A DNA stretch of 64,000 nt from Eubacteriales bacterium (GTDB taxonomy: Bacteria; Bacillota; Clostridia; Oscillospirales; CAG-272). Positions 58,360 to 64,000 of this stretch are shown here, piece after piece (within the stretch, counting starts at the first letter, position 1; the number at the start of each line of letters is the position of its first letter). The stretch spans positions 9,494 through 73,493 of the forward strand of contig JAZORD010000052.1 in the NCBI GenBank assembly GCA_045656445.1, written 5' to 3'. Made by a program: the position numbers and the translations under genes. The notes below the pieces were generated by a model. It did not search any database and had not been told where the DNA came from. It saw nothing but the letters and a program-made list of their open reading frames with translations.

Positions 58360-60255
58360 TTAATTATATAGCTTTTCGTCATTTTTTTCAAGTGGTCGTT
58401 CTAATATTTTTTCAGCTATTTGACAGGCGCTCATCCCTAAAAACTCATATAAATCGCATGGCTCGCTCGGAGAGGCAAAATTATCCTCTATAGCTAAAAT
58501 CTCATATCTTCCGAAAAGGTCTATTCCCATATCTGAAAGCGCTGAAGCAATGAGCATGCCGGCGCCGCCGTTCTTTATTCCCTCTTCAACGAATACTATC
58601 TTCTTTGCAAAAGCTGCGTAATAGCTGATTTTTTTAGCTATATCATAATAAGGCTTAAGTCGTTCAAGAAGAATAATGCCGGATTTAACACCTCTTGCTT
58701 CAAGTATCTCCGTTGCCTCTATTACCTTGGATACTATATTGCCGTAGGTGATATACAGATATTCCGGAACGCAGGATATTGAAAAATCTGTACGCACACC
58801 GAAGTTCCAATAGTCCTCATCGCGATAAAATCTGCGTCTTACAGCTTCGGATTCTCTGCTGTTAGGGTATCTTATCGCAATCGGCGAGATTGCGTTTTTT
58901 GCCTCGTCTACCGCAGCTCTCAGCGAGCCGTAGGTTATGGGCGCAAGTATTTTTATACCCGGAATATGAGAAAGGAACGCAACGTCAAAAATACCGTGAT
59001 GAGTCGCCCCGTCAGCGACGGCAAGCGATGCCCGGTCTATAACTATCCTTACCGGCAAATCCTGAAGGCATATATCGTGAATTATATTATCATACCCTCT
59101 TTGAAGGAAGGTAGAATATATATCCACAAATGGTTTAAATCCGTTTGCTGCAAGTCCTGCAGAAAAGGTAAGTGCGTGCTCCTCCGCTATTCCGACGTCA
59201 AAATATCTACTCGGAAATTTTTCACCGAAAACGTCAAGTCCAGTTCCGATTCCCATAGCCGCGGTTACGGCAACGATACTTTCGTCACTCTCCGCCTCAG
59301 AAATCAGCTTTTGCGCAAATACACTGTGGAAAGTTTCCTTTTCTGTACCGCCAGTGTTAACACTGTGAAATTCATCCGGATTTTTTTCTGCCGGCGCAAA
59401 GCCCTTTCCCTTCGTGGTTTTAAGATGAACCACGGTGCACTTTCCTATTTCCTTAGCTTCAAGAAGCGCTTCCTCTACCCCCTTATAGTCGTTACCGTCG
59501 ATAGGACCGATGTAATAAAGTCCAAGGTCCTCAAAATAATTTGAGGAAAAGAGTAGATTCTTAAACTTCGTCTTTAAAAAGACGAGAAGCTTGGCTATCG
59601 GCTTTCCAAGGAGGGGTATATGCGAAAGAACTGATTTTGTTCCCGTTTTCCACCTTCTGTAGCCCCTTGACGCCCTTACTCTTGAAAGATAGGATGCAAA
59701 CGTTCCCTTATTGAGCGAAATTGACATTCCGTTCTCGTTTAAAACGATAATTAACTTTAACTCAGGGTCGCAGTTATTTAGCGCCTCGTGAACCATACCG
59801 CCCGTATACGCCCCGTCGCCTATAACAGCAACGCTGTAAGCCCCGTCGCCTCGAAGCCTGTCCGACTCTGCATAACCCAGGGCTGCTGATATAGAGGTTG
59901 AGCTGTGTCCTGCACCGAATGCGTCGTGCTCACTCTCGCGCATTGAGGTGAAGCCTGAGAGTCCTCCGCTTTTTCTGAGCGCTGTAAAATCCTCTTTACG
60001 CCCCGTCAGTATCTTATGAACGTACGCCTGATGACCGACGTCAAAAATTATATGGTCGCTTGGCGAATCGAATACCCTGTGAAGTGCAACAGTAAGCTCA
60101 GTGACCCCGAGATTTGATGCAAGATGACCGCCCCGATTACCAACCTTCTCAACGAGAAATTCGCGAAGCTCTGCGCAAAGGGCGGGCATATCGCCTGAAG
60201 GTATTGCCTTAAGGTCACCCGGATTATTTATTTTGTCAAGAATACTGTAGCTCAT
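58360..60255 (-). CDS. dxs: 1-deoxy-D-xylulose-5-phosphate synthase
   Basis: 631 aa. GGHLASNLG, DVGHQAYVHKILTGR and GHSSTSISAALG motifs. ATGA overlap with the upstream araC-family gene. Confidence 0.96.
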   Translation of the reverse strand: MSYSILDKINNPGDLKAIPSGDMPALCAELREFLVEKVGNRGGHLASNLGVTELTVALHRVFDSPSDHIIFDVGHQAYVHKILTGRKEDFTALRKSGGLSGFTSMRESEHDAFGAGHSSTSISAALGYAESDRLRGDGAYSVAVIGDGAYTGGMVHEALNNCDPELKLIIVLNENGMSISLNKGTFASYLSRVRASRGYRRWKTGTKSVLSHIPLLGKPIAKLLVFLKTKFKNLLFSSNYFEDLGLYYIGPIDGNDYKGVEEALLEAKEIGKCTVVHLKTTKGKGFAPAEKNPDEFHSVNTGGTEKETFHSVFAQKLISEAESDESIVAVTAAMGIGTGLDVFGEKFPSRYFDVGIAEEHALTFSAGLAANGFKPFVDIYSTFLQRGYDNIIHDICLQDLPVRIVIDRASLAVADGATHHGIFDVAFLSHIPGIKILAPITYGSLRAAVDEAKNAISPIAIRYPNSRESEAVRRRFYRDEDYWNFGVRTDFSISCVPEYLYITYGNIVSKVIEATEILEARGVKSGIILLERLKPYYDIAKKISYYAAFAKKIVFVEEGIKNGGAGMLIASALSDMGIDLFGRYEILAIEDNFASPSEPCDLYEFLGMSACQIAEKILERPLEKNDEKLYN

Positions 60256-61082
60256 TCCCTGTTACCTCCAAGCTCCGAAGAAGTAGGAGACCTGCCAAGA
60301 AGCTTTACGTATGCCCTGTAAAAAGCCGAATAATCACCAAATCCCACGCGATATGCGGCGCTTGACGCCGTCTCTCCGGATTCTATAAGCTGCTTTGCAT
60401 ACATTACTCTCTTCTGATTTATGTATCCGTGAACGGATATACCGTTATGCTTTTTGAATGCTCTGCAAAGATAATATTTACTAACAAAAAAACGTTTGGC
60501 AAGCTTATCCAAGCTCACGTCCTTGTCAATATGCTCGTTAAGATACTTTATTACCCTTGCCCCAAGCTCCCCCTCGTCCCGAGGAATGCTCTCCCGCGTT
60601 GCCACAGAAAGGAGCAACACGACCTCCGATGCCAAAAGCTTTTTGAACTCGCCCTTCTCGTTTTCAGGAAGTCCCTCGGCATACTCAAACCTATCGAATA
60701 TTGAAAAAATTGCCGGTGAAAGCGCATCTGCGGCATAATAACACCCCACACCGTCAAGACTCTTGTTAAGAGAAAACAAAAAATCCCGCGAGGCTGGTGT
60801 AAGGTCGCTTGCAAAAAACTGCAAAACGTATCTCTCGTAAATCGTGTCGGGGTCAAATTGAATGGAGTGATAAGCAAAGGGAGGCGCGAACAGAATAGTG
60901 CGCGGTCTTATGCGATATTCCGCGCCCTCAATAACGTACTTTCCGCTACCTTCTACAACGTACAGTATTTCATAGCCGTCATGGCAATGCCTTGCTACCG
61001 ATTTATTTAAATTTATCGTGTCGCTTGAATATGTAAAATATACGTCACCTATAACTTTTTTCGGTCTTTCGGACTTGTTCAT
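60252..61082 (-). CDS. AraC-family transcriptional regulator (cupin sensor + HTH)
   Basis: Cupin-like N-terminal half (HCHDGYEILYVVEGSG) and AraC HTH C-terminal half (YYLCRAFKKHNGISVHGYINQKR..AYRVGFGDYSAFYRAY). I prefer ATG 61082 behind GGAGG. Confidence 0.85.
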   Translation of the reverse strand: MNKSERPKKVIGDVYFTYSSDTINLNKSVARHCHDGYEILYVVEGSGKYVIEGAEYRIRPRTILFAPPFAYHSIQFDPDTIYERYVLQFFASDLTPASRDFLFSLNKSLDGVGCYYAADALSPAIFSIFDRFEYAEGLPENEKGEFKKLLASEVVLLLSVATRESIPRDEGELGARVIKYLNEHIDKDVSLDKLAKRFFVSKYYLCRAFKKHNGISVHGYINQKRVMYAKQLIESGETASSAAYRVGFGDYSAFYRAYVKLLGRSPTSSELGGNRE

Positions 61083-61119
61083 TAAAAACCTCCACATCGA
61101 AGCTTAAATTACCTATTAC

Positions 61120-61148
61120 ATTCTAACATATATGAGCAATTTTTGCAA
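61120..61148 (-). promoter_or_regulatory. sigma-A type promoter of the araC-dxs unit (TTGCAA-17-TAGAAT), overlapping GCAAT repeats
   Basis: Reverse strand reads ttgcaa(17 nt)tagaat. tttttgcaat occurs twice (61140-61149 and 61152-61161), plus an extra gcaat at 61136. Confidence 0.5.
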
Positions 61149-61190
61149 TAGTTTTTGCAATCATAACAATAATTATTTTTTATAAAACTG

Positions 61191-61219
61191 TTGCATTAAT
61201 TCCATACTTATGTTAAAAT
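61191..61219 (+). promoter_or_regulatory. sigma-A type promoter of the SDR gene (TTGCAT-17-TAAAAT)
   Basis: ttgcat 61191-61196, 17-nt spacer, taaaat 61214-61219. Confidence 0.55.
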
Positions 61220-61263
61220 TATTTTACTAGTGAAACATTTCAAAAAATGAAAGGTGAACAAAA

Positions 61264-62118
61264 ATGAAACTTCCTTTTAATCTTAATCTTGACGGCAAGT
61301 GTGCTGTCGTTACCGGTGCTGGCGGTATTCTCTGCTCGGATTTCGCTAAGGCTATGGCGCAGTGCGGTGCAAAGGTAGCGCTTCTCGACATCAATCTTGA
61401 CGCAGCCGAGGCTGTGGCAAATGAAATCAAGGCGGCAGGCGGACAAGCTATCGCCATCAAAACCAACTGTCTTGAAAAGGCAAGCCTTGAGGATGCCAAG
61501 GCTGTAATCGACAAGGAGTTTGGCATATGCGACATACTTATCAACGGCGCCGGCGGCAACAACGCAAGAGCTACGACGGTGAATGAGTATTTCGACCCAG
61601 CAACCCTTGATGACCCTAACGCTCAGGACTTCTTCTCTCTTTCTCCCGACGGCTTTAAGTTTGTTTTCGACCTTAACGTAACGGCGGCGTTCCTCACTAC
61701 ACAGGTATTTGCTATCGATATGGCTAAGAGCGGAAAGGGCGGAAATATAATCAATATTTCTTCAATGAACGCGTTCCGTCCTCTTACTAAGATTCCTGCA
61801 TACAGCGCAGCAAAATCCGCAGTTTCCAACTTCACACAATGGCTTGCCGTTCACTTTGCAAACACGGGCATACGCGTAAACGCAATAGCTCCCGGCTTCT
61901 TTGTTTCAAATCAGAACAGGGCTCTGCTCTTTAACCCTGACGGAACTCCTACCGCAAGAACGGGCAAGATTCTCAGAGGCACTCCTATGAACCGCTTCGG
62001 CGAATCCGAGGAGCTGCTTGGCGGTCTGTTCTTCTTCCTCTGCGATGAAGCTTCAAGCTTCATCACCGGCGTAGTTCTTCCCATCGACGGCGGCTTCTCC
62101 GCTTATTCGGGAGTATAA
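61264..62118 (+). CDS. SDR-family oxidoreductase (short-chain dehydrogenase; substrate unassigned, sugar-acid reductase-like)
   Basis: 284 aa. TGAGGILC Rossmann motif, NGAGGN, and SSMNA...YSAAK catalytic Ser/YxxxK. Confidence 0.8.
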   Translation: MKLPFNLNLDGKCAVVTGAGGILCSDFAKAMAQCGAKVALLDINLDAAEAVANEIKAAGGQAIAIKTNCLEKASLEDAKAVIDKEFGICDILINGAGGNNARATTVNEYFDPATLDDPNAQDFFSLSPDGFKFVFDLNVTAAFLTTQVFAIDMAKSGKGGNIINISSMNAFRPLTKIPAYSAAKSAVSNFTQWLAVHFANTGIRVNAIAPGFFVSNQNRALLFNPDGTPTARTGKILRGTPMNRFGESEELLGGLFFFLCDEASSFITGVVLPIDGGFSAYSGV

Positions 62119-62130
62119 TAAGCAACTTTA

Positions 62131-62161
62131 CCCGGCGCGGCATAGCGCCGGGATTTTCTTT
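62131..62161 (+). terminator. intrinsic terminator after the SDR gene
   Basis: cccggcgc-ggcata-gcgccggg followed by attttcttt. Confidence 0.75.
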
Positions 62162-62203
62162 GACAAATTTAGCAGTTTTTTTATTATTTGGAGCCATCTT
62201 TCA

Positions 62204-62232
62204 TTGACATTATTGCATTTTTATGTTATAAT
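62204..62232 (+). promoter_or_regulatory. consensus sigma-A promoter of the pduL cassette (TTGACA-17-TATAAT)
   Basis: ttgaca 62204-62209, 17-nt spacer, tataat 62227-62232. pduL ATG is 47 nt downstream behind AAGGAG. Confidence 0.7.
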
Positions 62233-62278
62233 ACTTAATAGCCTAAATATTTAACTTTATTATAAGGAGTTTTACAAA

Positions 62279-62851
62279 ATGAAAGAAGTTTTAGTTGAAA
62301 CATCTGCAAGACACATCCACCTTTCAAGAGAAGCTGTTGACGTTCTCTTTGGCAAGGGCTACGAGCTCACAAACAAGAAGGACCTCAGCCAGCCCGGTCA
62401 GTTCGCTTGCGCTGAGAAGCTTGTTTTGGTTGGTCCTAAGGGCACGCTTAAGGCGTCCATACTCGGTCCTACCCGTCCTGCAAGCCAGGTTGAGATTTCT
62501 CTTACAGACGCGCGCGCTATCGGCGTTACCGCCCCCATCCGTGAGAGCGGAGATATTGCAGGCTCTGGTGCTTGCAAGCTTGTCAACCCCGAAAACGGAG
62601 CCGAGTATGAGCTCACCGAGGGCGTTATCGTTGCGAAGCGTCACATTCACCTCACTCCTGAGGCTGCTGAGGAAATGGGAGTTTGCGATAAGCAGATTGT
62701 TTCCGTTGAGATAAAGTCCGAGCGCACCACCGTATTTGGCGACGTTGTAGTTCGTGTAAACAAGAATTTTGCTCCCGCAATGCATATCGACACAGACGAG
62801 GCTAACGCTGCTTGTGCGTTCGGGACTATATACGGCACTGTTATCGGCTGA
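62279..62851 (+). CDS. pduL: phosphate propanoyltransferase / PduL-type phosphotransacylase (no encapsulation-peptide extension)
   Basis: 190 aa. VETSARHIHLS...QPGQFA...GPTRP and the second repeat AKRHIHL...MHIDTDEANA match the duplicated PduL domain. Confidence 0.85.
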   Translation: MKEVLVETSARHIHLSREAVDVLFGKGYELTNKKDLSQPGQFACAEKLVLVGPKGTLKASILGPTRPASQVEISLTDARAIGVTAPIRESGDIAGSGACKLVNPENGAEYELTEGVIVAKRHIHLTPEAAEEMGVCDKQIVSVEIKSERTTVFGDVVVRVNKNFAPAMHIDTDEANAACAFGTIYGTVIG

Positions 62852-62876
62852 TTATAATATTTAAGGAGATATAAAA

Positions 62877-63587
62877 ATGGCAGAACTTATCTATTCGCAC
62901 GAAGTGCAGAATATGTGCGTTGTTGCTAAGGGTCCCAACCACGGTCCCGCGCCTATTCCCGAAGAGGGCGCATGGGTAAAGGCAAAGGAAATAAAGGATA
63001 TTTCCGGTCTTACTCACGGTATCGGTTGGTGTGCACCCCAGCAGGGCGCTTGCAAGCTTACTCTTAACGTTAAGGACGGCGTTATACAAGAGGCTCTTGT
63101 TGAAACTATCGGTTGCTCCGGTATGACTCACTCTGCTGCTATGGCAGCTGAAATCCTCCAGGGCAAGACTATCCTTGAAGCACTCAACACAGACCTTGTT
63201 TGTGACGCTATCAATACAGCTATGCGTGAGCTCTTCCTTCAGATAGTTTACGGACGCACTCAGTCCGCGTTCTCAGAGGGAGGTCTTACAATCGGCGCAG
63301 GTCTTGAGGACCTTGGTAAAGGCTCTCGCTCTCAGGTTGGTACTATGTACGGTACCGTTGCTAAGGGCGTGCGCTATCTTGAAATGGCAGAAGGCTACGT
63401 AACCAGAATGGCTCTTGACGAGAATGATCAGGTTATCGGTTACGAGTTCGTAAACCTTGGTAAGATGACTGATTTCATAAAAAAGGGTGACGACCCCAAC
63501 ACTGCTTACAACAAATCCATGGGTAACTACGGAAGATTTGCTCCCGAAGACGGCGCAGTCAAGTACATAGACCCCCGCAAAGATTGA
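62877..63587 (+). CDS. NifU/IscU-N-like putative Fe-S scaffold-domain protein with C-terminal extension
   Basis: 236 aa. Cys-bearing motifs GWCAP, GACKL, IGCSGMTHSAAMAAE and LVCDAI resemble the IscU/NifU N-domain arrangement. Family call is from memory and not searched. Confidence 0.5.
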   Translation: MAELIYSHEVQNMCVVAKGPNHGPAPIPEEGAWVKAKEIKDISGLTHGIGWCAPQQGACKLTLNVKDGVIQEALVETIGCSGMTHSAAMAAEILQGKTILEALNTDLVCDAINTAMRELFLQIVYGRTQSAFSEGGLTIGAGLEDLGKGSRSQVGTMYGTVAKGVRYLEMAEGYVTRMALDENDQVIGYEFVNLGKMTDFIKKGDDPNTAYNKSMGNYGRFAPEDGAVKYIDPRKD

Positions 63588-63602
63588 TAGGAGGCAGCAA
63601 AG

Positions 63603-64000
63603 ATGGCATTATTTGAAAACTACGAAAGACGCGAGGCTAAAATTCTCGCTGCTCTTAAAGAATACGGCATTAACTCTATCGAGGAATGCAAGGATATCAC
63701 GCTTGCTTACGGCGTTGACTGCGACAAGATAGTAAGAGGCACTCAGCCTATTTGCTTTGAGAACGCAGTTTGGGCTTATACTGTAGGCGCTGCTATCGCA
63801 ATCAAAAAGGGCTGCACCAAGGCTGCTGACGCTGCTGCCGCTATCGGTATCGGTCTTCAGTCCTTCTGTATTCCCGGCTCGGTTGCAGACAACCGTCAGG
63901 TTGGTCTCGGCCACGGAAACCTCGGCTCTATGCTCCTTTCCGAGTCCACCGAGTGCTTCTGCTTCCTTGCAGGTCACGAGTCCTTTGCGGCTGCTGAGGG
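63603..64000 (+). CDS. GGGtGRT-family-like uncharacterised protein, N-terminal 132 aa only (runs off the window end)
   Basis: Not in the ORF track because there is no stop in the window. ATG 63603 behind AGGAGG. My translation: MALFENYERREAKILAALKEYGINSIEECKDITLAYGVDCDKIVRGTQPICFENAVWAYTVGAAIAIKKGC...CIPGSVADNRQVGLGHGNLGSML...FLAGHESFAAAEG. I recall this as the N-terminal pattern of proteins annotated GGGtGRT. The eponymous motif would lie outside the window. Confidence 0.55.
   Translation, partial: MALFENYERREAKILAALKEYGINSIEECKDITLAYGVDCDKIVRGTQPICFENAVWAYTVGAAIAIKKGCTKAADAAAAIGIGLQSFCIPGSVADNRQVGLGHGNLGSMLLSESTECFCFLAGHESFAAAE

Noticed and set aside
63609-63977. 122-aa minus-strand ORF at the window end.
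   Set aside because: It is antisense to a much better plus-strand open frame that starts at 63603 behind AGGAGG and continues past the window edge with conserved-looking sequence.

Overview
This window looks like a core chromosomal segment of a Bacillota (Clostridia-type) genome. Supporting that: whiA, a Prp-processed L27, ytfI/ytfJ-like sporulation genes, a stand-alone PduL, and many near-consensus TTGACA-17-TATAAT promoters. I count about 66 protein genes and 3 tRNAs, packed into housekeeping operons.

Minus strand:
- dnaE(partial)-whiA-murB-recN-argR-nadK-tlyA-xseB-xseA-(TsaD-like)-nusB
- galE-HAD-ABCF-nitroreductase
- rplU-prp-rpmA
- a Met-specific T-box leader in front of metY-metA
- efp plus an acidic zinc-ribbon gene
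- pepP/yqeG, then tRNA-Gly and tRNA-Arg
- yhbY-nadD-yqeK-LCP-rsfS-leuS
- dprA-topA-trmFO-plsX-rnc-rSAM-smc-ftsY
- infC-rpmI-rplT behind an L20-type attenuator leader
- araC-dxs-miaB-ylbF-mutS-mutL-tgt

Plus strand:
- lon-engB-S2P-scpA-scpB-ytfI-ytfJ-dacB-rluB
- SDR, then pduL-(NifU-like)-(GGGtGRT-like, truncated by the window end)

I saw no CRISPR array, transposase, integrase, prophage block or recognisable defence island, and I cannot honestly point to a convincing, wholly new multi-gene system.

Items most worth a second look:
1. A YbiT-like ABC-F ATPase in which every motif of composite ATP site 2 is degenerate, while site 1 is intact.
2. An exact 21-bp duplication of the tRNA-Leu 3' end bracketing a structured 135-bp insert. 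Next to it is an AT-rich islet carrying a NERD/zinc-ribbon gene broken at an A6 tract.
3. A promoter-to-window-edge cassette pduL + NifU-like + GGGtGRT-like, of unknown function.
4. A Met T-box, rather than an S-box, on metY-metA.
5. Several conserved but uncharacterised genes embedded in core operons.

All coordinates and motifs were read by eye from the sequence and the ORF track. No database search was run.
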